The notes under the pieces: model-generated | What the model saw: the letters and a program-made list of their open reading frames with translations, nothing else | What the model was told of the DNA's origin: nothing | Databases searched by the model: none | Position numbers and translations under genes: made by a program | In this document: one piece after another, positions 25,896 through 38,507 of the stretch | How the letters are laid out: each line of letters starts with the position of its first letter | How positions within the stretch are numbered: the stretch's first letter is position 1 | Source of the DNA: Ramazzottius varieornatus | Lineage: Eukaryota; Animalia; Tardigrada | Reading direction: 5' to 3' | Assembly: GCA_001949185.1 (NCBI GenBank) | Contig: BDGG01000001.1 | Span: forward strand, 1,484,263-1,548,262 | Length of the DNA stretch: 64,000 bases

Positions 25896-26939
25896 GTTGG
25901 TGGTTCAGTTTGCCATGCACTCATATGTCCGTTTGGTTGTTTGGACTAATTATCGAAGTATGCCAAAAACCTGGAAACTCAGTTTGAATTGTTGTACAGA
26001 AATACATAGAAGTACAATAAGTTTTAACGCTTCGTTCACCAGAAATTCTGTGGTCGTTCGATCTCGGCAAATTTTGCATTAAAGTGAAGCAATTCGTGGG
26101 CAATACTGCAAAATTAGAGCCTAGGTTGAAAAGGCATTCGGGGCAAAAAATTTGTGAAGTATAGGAAGCGAAGTTTTTTCAGGGCTCCGCGTTCACGAAA
26201 TTTTGTAGTTTCTCCCCATTGCACGTTTGAGTCTGACTTTAGCTTTGGATGAAAGAGCGATGTCTAGTGATTAGTTTGGACAGAAGGAAGTCAAGCCGGA
26301 CCGCTGTCAACGCTAGAGGAAAAATTCATTTCTGCACCAAGTGGAAATGCGCAAGTGAAATGGGGAACAACGAGCTGGTGCCTTACCTGATCACCAGCCG
26401 GATATTGGTAACTTTTCCGTTTTCTTCGCCGCGTTTCATTCCTGATGGTAGTTTGTTTTCATTCTGTATTCCCTTTACACTCTAGTTGCTTTTGTCGAAG
26501 CGCTAAGAAACCATCTACAGTATCTCAGATATTCAAAAAACTGCATCTTTCACGATCGGCGCGGGAATAACACCACGAAGTGGGCGAGTTTACGAGGAAA
26601 ATCGAAAAACGACTTATTGCATCTTTTCAAAAAATTATTTCTCCTTCTGTGCGAGTGTCAGGTACCTCATCTTTTAAGGACGGTGGTTACAGGAGATGGT
26701 CTATCTGTTGAAAGCGTGTTGTGGCATAAAGCATTGTCAGGTGTCCTGTGCCTTAAAACTTATCGAACCCCTGTGTACTTTCTCGAGTTGATATTGGTAT
26801 TCGCTTTCTTTTTTGCTTTTAGCAACTATCCGTCATTATCCTGATTAGCTGGTAAAGATCTCGCAACGTCGGAACACACGTGTTCGTCTACAGTAATTTC
26901 CTCTGGAATACAGTGTAAATTCCATCGCGATAATACTTC

Positions 26940-29900
26940 ATGTTCTACCTTCCAGATATCGACTACGATCCACGGAATATGCCTTGCGGAGGCTCGTACC
27001 TTCCCGAGCACTACCTGACCCCCTCTGAGGTAAAGACCTGCAACCCAGTCATCACCGACATGATACCCAAGAAAGAAGCCGACCTCACCATACAAATGAA
27101 ACTCCGGTCTGTCCGTCGCCAAGAACCCACACCACGTCCCAAGCCCGTCCACTCCACCCTTCAGTTCCCCAAGCCGAACAAGCCCCGTCTTCCACGCTCT
27201 TACTACAACGCAAAAGGGTCCCCATGCTCACTGTTCGTTGTTCGTCGACTTAACCCAAACTATTGGCCCGAGCGCATGCTACCACCTGTTCGCCCTGACG
27301 CGGTCCGACCACGCTGCCTCCAGTCCACCAAGACATGGTCCATCTATGTGGCCATTCAACGCAGATTACTTCGGCAAGTGCACGAACGTGCCAGACGGAG
27401 AGAAGAAACACGAAGACAGTTTCACTTAGAAAGATCATGCTACTGTCGACAAGGAAGGCCGAACTACCAGCCAAAGTTCTCGCCGAAGAAGAAGCAGAAG
27501 GTTACACGAAATCAAGTAAAGATGCGCTGGAGTAAACTAGTTTTGAATCACAGCTTTACTGGAGTGTATTGTCCGAGGTTACAGCCACCTATTCTGTCCC
27601 CTCCAAAGTATCAACATTTCGGCGGTAACTTTGACGTTCCCGAAACTGTAATGGAACAAGGATACAAGAATCCGTTGTGGACCACCCTCCGCGAAAAAAA
27701 AGCTTCTGCCGAACAAGGCGTAAGAAAAGATGCAGAAGAGAAAGAAGTCGCAGTCAAGAAGGAGAAACTCTCGGAAGTTATTCAGAACGCGGCAGCAACG
27801 TCTCAGCAAGTCTCTACCGCGTTTCTGGTTCATCCAACGAGTACTGTAGGAGCTCCGCATGGAAAACAATCGGCCAAGCCAAGGCAACTTGTTTCGTCTT
27901 CTGCAAGAGGAAACAAACATGAAGTAGGGAAAACAAATATCCCTGTACGGGGGATGAACCCTCAAGTTCAGGACCTCGGCGATCAGGATGATGCTTCAGT
28001 TCACCCTATACCAACGGCTTTGATGGTCGAAGAAGATGGCATATCGCTTGTCATACCCGACAAGGCAACAGCTAGGAGGCAGACTGGAGACAAAACCAGT
28101 AAAACCAAACCAGGTAGGATGCAAAGGGAGTTCCCGCTGTTGGGAAAGACGTGACAATTGATCCGATGTGAAACCAAGAATTCGAAGTGGCAAGCGGGTA
28201 TTCCATTAACTTGCTACGACAGCTAGGTTGTATGTATGCCTAGACTTCAGCTGTCTCATCTTTCTAGACGAAGAAAACCGCACTGCCGAGCGGTCGGACA
28301 AAGCTTTACCACTCGTTCCCCGATCATCGCCGCGCACTCAGAGTCCCGAGCGAAGTCAAATGCTGAACACCGACAATAAGACAGCTTCCTACCTCATGCC
28401 GACCAACTCTCTCCTGCTCCCTGGGCCTGCACCTGAAAACAACATGAACATCGATCACCTCAGTAAATACACCTTTGCGGATGTTCCGCCAGATACCCGG
28501 TACTCGTTGTTAAATGCACCAGGCGGGATCGACCAGCTTGTCGGTTACACCAGAGATGAAATCCTACATGCCGCAGTCAAAGACCAATCAAAACAACCTC
28601 CCTCTTCCAAACCGGCCCAGCCTCCATTGATTGAAGTTGTGTCTTCAAGTATTCTTTCTGTGCAAAACGATAACAAGCTACGCTGTTCGAATAGCTGGGA
28701 CACCCAAGAAGGAAGAAATGTTGGAGAGAGAATTGCCGAGCAAGAAAACAAAGCAGCTGAAGCACGGGATGCTCGGGCTTACATCCCGCCGTTTCAACCA
28801 AGGTACATGATGGGTAAACAATATCGTGAGTCGAAAAAGAAGGTCATAACACCGAGACGGGCGTCCGATAAGATGGAGGGCGATCCGCAAAGAGTGATCA
28901 GGTTGCGAGAGCGAGAGAGATTGCGGAGTGGCGATGGAAAGTCCATGTCACCACTCGATCTGCTGTTCGAACAAGCAGCCCGTCGAAGCAGTAATGCTGA
29001 TGCTGATAGTGGAGAAGAGAGAGAAAAAATCGGATCAGTTCCGATTCAATGTGACATTCGGCTCAACGATGAGAATACGCCACTTAACCATTATGTTACT
29101 TTTGAAGGACGACCAATACCACGTAAGCGTCTGCCAGTAAGCCATACCATAAATTATCATTGTTCTGCGAAATTTACAGACTATTGAGATTACTTTGTGA
29201 ACTTCGTTCTAGAGAGTATCAAAGGTGGTCATGCCCATCCTCGTCAACAGCGCAGCTTGATCTATTTCGACCGTCCTAATACAGGGTGATTCTGATTGCT
29301 GCGAACGATTTTGAAAATCTACCACAAATTCACCGACAGTGATATTATTCTAGTAATTTGGGGCTTGAAAGCCCTTGGCCTTATGAATCGCTAGAACACG
29401 GGCAGGCCAAGAATCGAGAGATTTCTGGAACATCTCAAGAGGAATTTTCTTGTACTCCTCCTGTGCGGCTCTTATCATGCCCTTCTCGGTGGTGTAGTTC
29501 CGTTGCGCGAGTCGCTGTTTCAGGTAGCCGTTCGCAAAGAAATCCATCGGCGACACATCCGGGCTGTTTGCCAACCATTCTTCCTTCGTAATAACTTTGA
29601 TCCCTCGGGATCTGAGCCATGCGATGACTTTCTTTGCGGTATGAGCTGGAGCACTGTCCATGTGAAGGATCACCTTCTAAGCATCAGCTCGATACAATTT
29701 TGGCACATCAATATCGAACATTGGCTTGAGAATCTTTTTGATGAAAAGATCGGCATTGACTTTGGCTTTCTGGGGGACAGCGTAAAGTCGAGTTGAACCA
29801 CGGTAGGAATAGCCAGCAGCGAACATACGTTGGGCCGGAAATGAGGAAGATTTTACTGCAGTCGGGATCACTCGACCATCTTCAACATTTTTTTTCGTCA

Positions 29901-32900
29901 CGTAGACGAAATCGGTCTTTCCGTTCTTGAAGTCCAGCGGTAGCATCGTCCATCGTAAAAATATACTCGAGGTTCTCTGAAATTATGTTGTGGAAATTCA
30001 GGGCACCATCTTTTCGTTGTTTGATGGCTTTCTGAGACAGGAAATGCACTTTGGGCTTCTTGCGGATGGTGGCACCTAAATCTTCGTGGATGATGCGGTG
30101 AATCGTGTGCTGGGAGACCCCTATCTTCTTTGCCATCCGTCTTTGTGGGATACTGTTGTCCTTCGAGCAGAGCTCAGCGACTTTCTTGATTTTCGTCGGT
30201 GTTCTGATAAGCGGTGGTCCGGTTTTCTTCTTCTGTATCTTTGCAGGGCAATTTTTGCTGGAGTCGCTTCCGACGCTTTTCCATACCTTCGATACCGTAG
30301 ACTTCACCACAGTGTACCCTTCCTTCGTCAGTTTCTTTATAGTCATGCTTATACTGTAATTAAGTCTTCTGAGGGCCAAGATACGGACCCTGATGCCTCA
30401 GAGATTGGAGGAGGCATGATCAAGTTTTCGGAAAAAGCAAAACGATCAAAAAAAGCCCACAAAATTTTCTATCAGCTGATTTACTCGGCAATCAAATTGG
30501 TTGATTACCCATTTTACTGTTCGAGTTCAAAATCGTTCGCAGCAATCAGAATCACCCTGTACTAGCAAGGAGAGACCTGCAAGACGAAAGTCGACTAGAA
30601 AGCCAGCGACAAGATATGAAACCACCAGGCAGCGAGAACGCTTTTGTGAGCCTGGAGGCTTATTAGCTGCTGGTGACAGACTGCGCTTGGCTCCTGAGAA
30701 TCCCGAAGTGACGCAAGCTACCACGAAATTGGTGAGGGAGATGGGTCCGATGGAAAAGTCTACCGTCAAAACAGTACCGCGAAGAGCCGCGGAACGGCAG
30801 ATAACCAGAAAGCAGTTCGAAGCGAAAACTGCCAATGGCGATCCTGACAAGAAGAGCTCGTGGATAAAGATGGATCCGCACCTCAACATCAAGAACTACG
30901 CGATCATGAGACATAACGCCATGAAGTATACACACCGCAATGAAGAGGTAAGGAGGCCGAAGAACTTGTTTGTCCTTCACGACAACTTCTGGAAGCAAAA
31001 GGCACCTTTCGTGGTCGCATTAAGCAGCAAACCAAGCCGGAAAATGTTGCCCCATTTGCGACAGTACCTACTTCAGAAGCAGGAAGAAAATAAGAAGCTT
31101 TCGCAAGTACAGATGATCCTCAAAGACTTCAAACTAGTTGACAGTCTCTATGGACCAGTTGTACTGACTTTGAAAGCCCAAGCGGATGCTGAGATGGAAT
31201 TCCGGACACCTAACAAAGTCGAGAAAGTGCCTGATTTCATTTCGAAAGTATTGCTTCATCATAGACTGAAGCGTCTGAACTTATTCCTGCCGAACGCAGG
31301 AAAAGTATCGCTGGAATTTTCCGACGAAGATCTGATCGAAGGACCATCTCGAAGAAAGCCTATGAAGTGGTACGATTACCTGACATTGTCGAACGCGAGC
31401 TTCCTCAAGCAAACGCGTCCGCAAGCTGCCTTGAGTTCTCGCCTTGAAGAACGACGAGCTCGACTTCACGCAAAACGTCTTGTTCGCCGGTACACAGGAG
31501 AATACCACCACACTCATCTTGTTCGTTCCATCCTGAAATCAAAAGTCCTGCCTTCGACAGCCGACCCTAACGCTTCGAATCTAGATGCTCACGTCAACGT
31601 TCCGCTTTCTTCCGAATCACAAGACGATCATCCGGAGGATGAAGTGCTGGTAAGAGTGGCTGCACAAACCCCAAAAGGGAAGTCTCCAAACGCAACGAAG
31701 AGTGGAAAGAACAAGAACGCATTGGACGTCGAGTCGGAGTCACTTCTGAGTGACGACATTGACGACCCGTCAGTTAAAGGCAGGAGCAGAGTTAACATGA
31801 AACGGGAAAGTGGTCAAAATATCCGAGGGGCCGGGCTTGTCACGAAGGACAAAGGAAAGACTCGGGGTTCGTCAGCCGCTACGTCCCACAAACCAATCAA
31901 CGAACACCCGAAAGTACCAGCGGCTTACGCAGACGGCAAAACGGCAGAGTCTGGTGACGAGCATCCTAAAATGAAAACCGGTAATCGGGCAAGCGCTTCT
32001 GATGACGGTCAACGGGACAAACCAGGTCCCGAGGAATGGCCGCCTTGGTGGCATTTCGACGTTTCAGAAGGTTTCTCCGATCAAGTGAAGAACAGTGACC
32101 AGCGGCCAAATCCGAGGACCGACCTCTTCGAGTCTCAAATGCGTCTTGCAGATAGGCGTGGGTTCATTCCAGCGGCGGATAAACTTGATTTCAAACACAA
32201 AGCCCACCTGACGTTCCAAGAGAAGTCACTGTTAGACTTTGTCAGTTTATTAAAAGAGAAATATGATCGTACGGACGCCAAGACTAAACGAGATCGTACA
32301 TCAACTGCTGACGCCAAAGCGACAGACACTCAAGAAAGGATATTACATCCGAACAGTTTTTTGGTCGGTTCCTTCCCAGAGGAAATTCAGCACATCGTCA
32401 AAAGGTTTCAAGACATCGCAACAGGTAGACTTCCAGATGACACGATTGCTAAGCCTCAAGCAGAGGAAACTCACAAGGACAGTGGAGAGACGAAAAACTC
32501 CCTGGAGCAAAAGTTTAGTCTGATTGGCGAGAATTCAGACTTTACTTCGATCGACACACTAAACAGTGAGGAAGATTCGGCAGCGGAGGACGAGAACTTG
32601 CGGATAAGCTGCGAAGTTCGAATAGACCCGGAAGATTATTCGTGGCAGCTTCCACAGATTGCCGACATGAGAAGGAAGGTTGCAGCCCGATGCAAGTATT
32701 ACGACAGATGTACTGACTACCTTCACAGCCTGAAACCGCTTAGTGAAGATCAGGCGTTGTCAAACAAACTCAGGCAGATGAACTTGTGGACGGATAATCC
32801 AGCAGGTACATACTATATTTATTTCCTCAACCTTCACGCTTCTCAGCGTACGAAGCAGTATAGGACAGAAAAACATTTCGTTGTATTCCTTTGATTGTTT

Positions 32901-33464
32901 TTTTGCTTAGAAGCAACATTTTCGGAGCTACCACGGCAAGGTCAAATGCGTAATTTAGCACTACGGATCGACGAACTTGCTTTTACGACTTGCTCGACAA
33001 GCACCGAAACCATCGAAAACCGTATCACAGGCCTGGTTCTTCAGCTTCAACTGGCAAAGTTGCACGTTGCTCACTTGGCTGATGAGGCAATCGATAAAGC
33101 GCAGCGAGTTCATAACCATGAAGCAGCCATGAGGCGGTATGCAAAGGTAACGGGCTACAGCACTGATAGTCCTTCGATATGTCACGCTCTGCACAACATG
33201 CCATTACTACGGACACCGCCAGCCAGTCCGCCGCGGTGCCCCAGTCCTTCCAAGCTCGCCCAAGATACGGGTGTCGATGTAACAAATGAAGAAGATGGTA
33301 AAGATAAAAAAAGCAAGGGGGAGAAGAACGCCGACAAGAACAAAAAGGGCAAAGATGTGAAGGCGAACAGGAGCGATGATAAGAAGCCTCGGTTTGGCTC
33401 AGATAATGCCAAACCGCCGACGAAGAAAAACTCAGCAAACTCCAAACACGGTCCGAGTAAATAA
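26940..33464 (+). CDS. Large orphan basic/disordered protein (~1630 aa); exons 26940-28113, 28268-29122, 29213-[transposon]-32805, 32911-33464
   Basis: The 404-, 319-, 797- and 189-aa ORFs join in frame through three phase-1 GT-AG introns. Removing the transposon plus one TA restores ...FDRPN-TSKERPARRK... Confidence 0.75.
29282..30559 (-). mobile_element. Tc1/mariner superfamily, DD37D (maT) transposon, 1278 bp, with perfect 34-bp TIRs and TA target duplication
   Basis: TIR cagggtgattctgattgctgcgaacgattttgaa at 29282-29315, inverted at 30526-30559. TA at 29280-81 and 30560-61. Transposase motifs IFTMD, HMDSAPAH, NSPDVSPMD, with 37 residues between the 2nd and 3rd Asp. Confidence 0.95.
29350..30417 (-). 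pseudogene. Inactivated maT transposase (two frameshifts, one nonsense codon)
   Basis: ATG at 30417 (MPPPISEA) is out of frame with RILALRRLNYS; frameshift at ~29947 right after IFTMD; in-frame TAG at 29677-29679. The HTH region (IPQRRMAKKIGVSQHTIHRIIHEDLG) is recognisable. Confidence 0.88.
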
Positions 33465-34359
33465 TTTTGGAGGTTCTGATGACGTTTCTCGAATTCAAAT
33501 TCGAAAGTATCGGTTTTTCCCTTCCAATATCGTCGGTAAGCTTTTCTCGCTTTAGAGGGCAACCCATAGGTCCCATACTCATGATGTTGATCTCCTATGA
33601 CATTGGTAATTGTTGTTCGCTGCTCATATACACCTTGAGTGCGCCAACTTGCTACCACCTTGTATTTCGGCGCGGAAAACTTCAGACTGCTAGCTTGCCA
33701 TTCACGCCTCCACACTTTCCGTACAACTTTCAAAGTTGCTTCGACAGAGGTATGATGCTTTTTGTTCTATTGAGAAATAGTTTGAAAAAGTTGACTAATA
33801 CACCTTCCGGTGGGGAAGACGTACCGCAGTAGGGTCAAACGCAGTGTGCAAAATTCCAGGTTGGAGTTTTCATCCTCAACCTGACATAAACAAACTCACA
33901 TCCCCGTTAGTGCACAGAAAAAATGAAGAAAGAGCAGGAAAGTTCCGAACTAACTCGACAACAGAATTAAAAACCGCCAACCTCTTGCGTTTTGTTGGGA
34001 AACTTCCTCTGATGGAGCAATTTCTAGATCTTTTTCAAAACATCAGATTCGTGTTCACCACCCACTTTCCTGTAGCTGAGTTTCATTTCTAACTATCTCC
34101 AGCAACAGCTTCTGTAGGACGACAGCAGAGAACGGCGTAAAATTTTGCGAAAGATGTTGTAATTTTCACTTCGCGCCTCCTCTAGTTTAATTCTGATTCC
34201 AACTTTTTGCAAACAGATTTTTGACCATTAATGTTTGGAGAGGTAGAATCAAGGAAAATTGATCTCAAAGCCGAGCAACAATCGCATCGAGAAAAACTTA
34301 ACATGATAGGTGGCGGCAAGTTGGCGCACTCAGGCTATACTTTGATGTGGGTGTATTTT

Positions 34360-36537
34360 TCAACAGCAAGAATGACATGAGCTCAATCGCATAAACAAAA
34401 GGATAGCAATCAGCTGTAACGAATAAGACAAAGTAGAAGCTGAACTTGTCAGTTTCAGGTTATTCAGCGCCTGTTTCATGGCGTCTGTATGTACGGCTTT
34501 TTCCGTAGGCAGTTGAGGCGGTTTACCTTCCTCGATCGGTCCATACAACTCTTTCATCCGTTTCTCCACCATGTCGATATCACGGAACAACCCGCTGTCT
34601 GGATCAGGTTTGCAGGTTTTCGACGCACTTCCTGGTTTCCGAAAGTACCCAAACTCGCATACGCACAGAGGTGCCTTCCCATTCAACCGATTAATACATA
34701 CTTCCGTGTCCGCTTTGCACGGATTTGACTCCACGCATTCGTCGACATCCATACAAGTCGAATAATGAGAATCCCAGACCTTCCCTTCCTTGGCGTTACA
34801 TCCACATGTGATATTCACCCTGTTCTGAATCAGGTCGAAGAAGTTCCTGTTCTTCTTTCCTTCGAACTGGCAGTCGTCGTTTTGGCCGGCATGGTGACAG
34901 GGAAAGTCAATGTTTTTCCGCTTACAGTTCCCGATGTCCACTGGGTCGTCCATAGGGTTCTTGTAAGCACCACAGCAAGGATCTGGACAGAAGGCTGTCA
35001 TGGCGCACGAGAAATCCCAGAACGTTTCGTCATCTTTGTACTTCTCTCTCAAAGGCTTGTCGATCTGCCTTTGGCACATCCCAACGTTCTTTGTGCATTT
35101 GAAGCCATCCATTGTGGCCATAGTAAAGGCTAAGTTCTCTCGCCGATAGATCTTCATAACACCGGATACCGGTTTTCCGGTGTGCTTCGTGTAACACTGA
35201 ACTGCTCTAGCGGCATTCCTGTAGCCACAGAAAAAAAGAGGTGCACTAGTCTATCAACACGAGCTGGGTGTACATCTACTGTATTCCCTCGATAGTTCTG
35301 CGAATTACGTCATCATGCCAGTAAATTACACCCACATTGGTATCCCTGATTGTTTGATTGTCGCCCAGCATTACACTTGACTGGGGAGCGGTCTTCGATT
35401 GAAGGTATAGATACTTTCTGTTCCGCGCCGGATGATATTTACCACGACAGTTACGTGATTCGCAGAACTTTCGAGGGAATATATTGTGTGATGGAATCTG
35501 AATATCGTCATTACCCTCGGCTACGTGCCTCAGTGTCGAGTGTCCCAGGAAACGCCAAATGCGCGTAGGAGCTTTTTTGCGTCAGGGTATAATTGCACAG
35601 AAAATAACTCGCAGTTGTTCTAAATTCGAAGAGGTCATTTCGACTGAGAAACGGGGTGTACTTTTGTCCCTGAAACCACGTCCAACCCAGATCACCTACG
35701 CAAAAATTTCGTAGAAAAGCAGAAAGCGATGATCGTCTTTGTGACTCCAAAACCTCTGTTTACGGAGACGTGACTCAGTTTACCTTGGACTTCACAGAAG
35801 TCTCGTTTTGCTAAACCCAGAGCGTTATAAGCCAACATTTTTACGTTCCTTGAGTTCTTAAAGGCTTTCGGCAAGGTCATTTTCTTGTACTGCTTCATAA
35901 AGTAGTCGTGGTCCGAATTGAGGTACCGGTTGAACTGTTGGGCATGAGCGTACGCATACTTATGCACCAACTTCAAGCACGGCAGCAAGCCTTTACGACA
36001 CTGTTCTTCCACGATGGGGTGGAAATCTTTCACAATCGGGATGGGGAAATGCCGATAAAGCACTCGTTGAAAGAATCTATCCTGAGGCAGTTCGGCTATC
36101 TTAGCGAACACTCGTGGGTCGCTTTCCAGGTATTTGTGCTCAATCATCCAGGAAGCGACCTGGACGAGTATCCTCTTCCACCGTTTTGGTACTGCTAACA
36201 TGTCGGTTTCAGTTTCTTGTTCGGTTATGCCACCGAGGAATAAATGACTGAATGGGAAGGGCGTGTCCAGGAAGTAGGTTTGCAGTGCTTGTTCTTCGGA
36301 CTTCTCGGTGTGTCGACCAGTCAATAAGCGATGCTCCGCGGAATCAATAGCAGGATCGAAATCGTTCGAGTAGCTGATAAGATCTTTGTTGTACCAAATC
36401 CTGAAAGATGGTTCGCATTGGTATTTCTGCGTATACTCGTGCTCTTGCCGCAGGTAAAGTGATCCGATCATCGTTGGGTAGAGCTGAACGAAAGCAATCA
36501 CGCAAACAGCTTTGAGCATGTTGTTCGAGGTAAACAT
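34360..36537 (-). CDS. Secreted/GPI-anchor-like Cys-rich protein with a Ca-binding EGF-like domain, ~597 aa; exons 36537-35784, 35695-35515, 35218-34360
   Basis: Signal peptide; in-frame GT-AG joins (1794 nt total); CMDVDEC...C...C.N...CVCEFGY EGF_CA-like motif; C-terminal TSSAS plus hydrophobic tail. Confidence 0.8.
35277..35486. mobile_element. MITE (TACTGTA-terminus family) in intron 2 of the EGF gene
   Basis: tattccctcgatagttctgcgaattacgt pairs with acgtgattcgcagaactttcgagggaata; the interior resembles 40430-40500. Confidence 0.7.
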
Positions 36538-36905
36538 CAAGGTTGATCATGTCTGAGGCTCATTACTCCAGCTGCAAATGAGCCATCAGCCAAAGTAACT
36601 CAAGATGACGTCAGTGTTCGAAACTGATGCACGTATGTTTCTACGGTTGGAAGATGTTACTGTACAGCTGACAAGGGGATGATGCCTGTCCTGACGTGCC
36701 GATAGTCAAACCGTTTCGGCAAAACGATGGAAGACAGTCTCTTCTACGATCTGATTCAGGAGTTTAAATCGTCCGACGATCCTGGAATAAACTACAGGAC
36801 GTGGAAGCGACAGACTTAAACTGCTGCCGTGACGTAAGGTCTTTGATTGGGAGTTCGACTAAACAGATCGCAACTCAGCGACGGTCCATTCCGTCAGATC
36901 CGGAC

Positions 36906-37227
36906 TACTGTATTCTCTCCGGTGATTTCTCTACGTCACTCGAACGGTTTTTGCAAATGATGCAAGAGTGAAATTGCGGTATCTGCCACAGTGGCAAAAC
37001 CGTGTCGTCATTAGACTCAATCAAGGACATGCAATCAATCGCGAACGTGTATTTAGTTTCAAACAAAGATTAATCAGCTGTTCAACAGAGGGTGCAAATT
37101 TTGTGCAAATTTTTGTTCAAAATGACGTAGTAAACTGACGTAGAGCGAAAGCTGCCTGTTCGCTTCGCAAACTCTTTAACAAAAGTATCGCCTGTGACGT
37201 AGGGAAATTACTGGAGAGAATACAGTA
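36906..37227. mobile_element. MITE (TACTGTA-terminus family)
   Basis: tactgtattctctccggtgatttctctacgtcac pairs with gtgacgtagggaaattactggagagaatacagta. Confidence 0.8.
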
Positions 37228-38507
37228 GATGGTGTGCTATCGCGCATCTTCAACGAGTTTTGGCATGGTGTTTGGTCATCCTGATCATCAGCTGAGCAAC
37301 TGGTTCGCAAAGTCTCCAATCGGCACCCGCAATCAGAAAGCTTTACTTCATCACGACATACTGGAGCGGTTAATGGACTTTCATTTCTGAATCCTGTACT
37401 TATTCCAGGATCGTCGAGGGATTTAGCTCCCTAGCTCAGACCATAGAAGAGACTCTCTTCTATCATTTTCTCGGGACGGGTTGATTGTCGGGACGTCGGG
37501 ACATGCATAGTCTCCTTGGAGCTCATCTGCGTTGCGAAGCAGGACGAAAACTTTCCGGTATATAGGCCACGAACGGGTTACCAAACCGTGCTGGAATAAC
37601 TCGCCAGAAGATGTCTCACAGATCTTCCCGTTACTTACAATTACAGCCGAATGACACGAGGAACCAGCGCGCATCAGAAGATCGACCTGTCATCTATTGA
37701 ACGTTCAAGAATCCGTTCATCCACGGCTCCGTTTAAGGCTTCCACGGGTTGACCAAAGTACCCTGCAGTCGAAACGTTTTCCGCAGTTGCCTGTGTGAAA
37801 TACATCGTTTTACTCCAGACAGTAAGATAGAGGGATGTTTAAGCTACAGAATTATGAAGATGATGATGTCACACGGCGGCGCCTTTGATCACTAGCCGCA
37901 GCAATATGCAGAAGCTTTGAAAACCATAGAAAAATTGACGAAGGAACTATTCTTACCAATTCTTTTCGCCACAATGCGTGCGTATAGTCAGAAAGCTTAT
38001 CTCACGGCACGCAGAAGAGTCAAAGACGTTTTCTCTGAAAATATTACCAAAACCACTTTTCACAAACAGTTTTTGTGATATTTTCAAGGGACTTCTTGTT
38101 CGATCTGTATAATTCTCGTCGGACAGTGTTCTACCACGAATGACGCACAGTAGTGAAAAATCGATGTAAAATTTACATTCTCGAGTTTTTTTAGAAGGGT
38201 CGAAGTTTCAGCATATTGTTGCGGCAAGTGGTCAAAGGCGCTGCCTTGTGCGTCATCATACTCATAATTCTGTAGCTCAAACGTCCTCCCATCCTGCTGT
38301 TTAGAGGAAAACGATGTATTCCACACAGGCAACTGGGGAAAAAGTTTTGACTGCAGTTACTTTGGGCAACCCGTGGAAGCCTTTTTAGGTCGCCGTATAA
38401 AAACCTGGAGCTTCGAACCCTCCAACAGAAATCCGATTTTCCACCAGTTTTCTGGTGTCTTCGTAGTCTCGTTCTGTCCATGTTTATCTAGTAACTCTAC
38501 TACTATC

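Noticed and set aside
30501-30560. N-terminus (MITHFTVRVQNRSQQSESPC) of the 797-aa ORF
   Set aside because: TTG start inside the transposon end; these residues are transposon-derived, not a real gene start.
33025-33733. Two ~185-aa minus-strand ORFs
   Set aside because: Antisense shadows of the Lys-rich last exon of the + strand gene.
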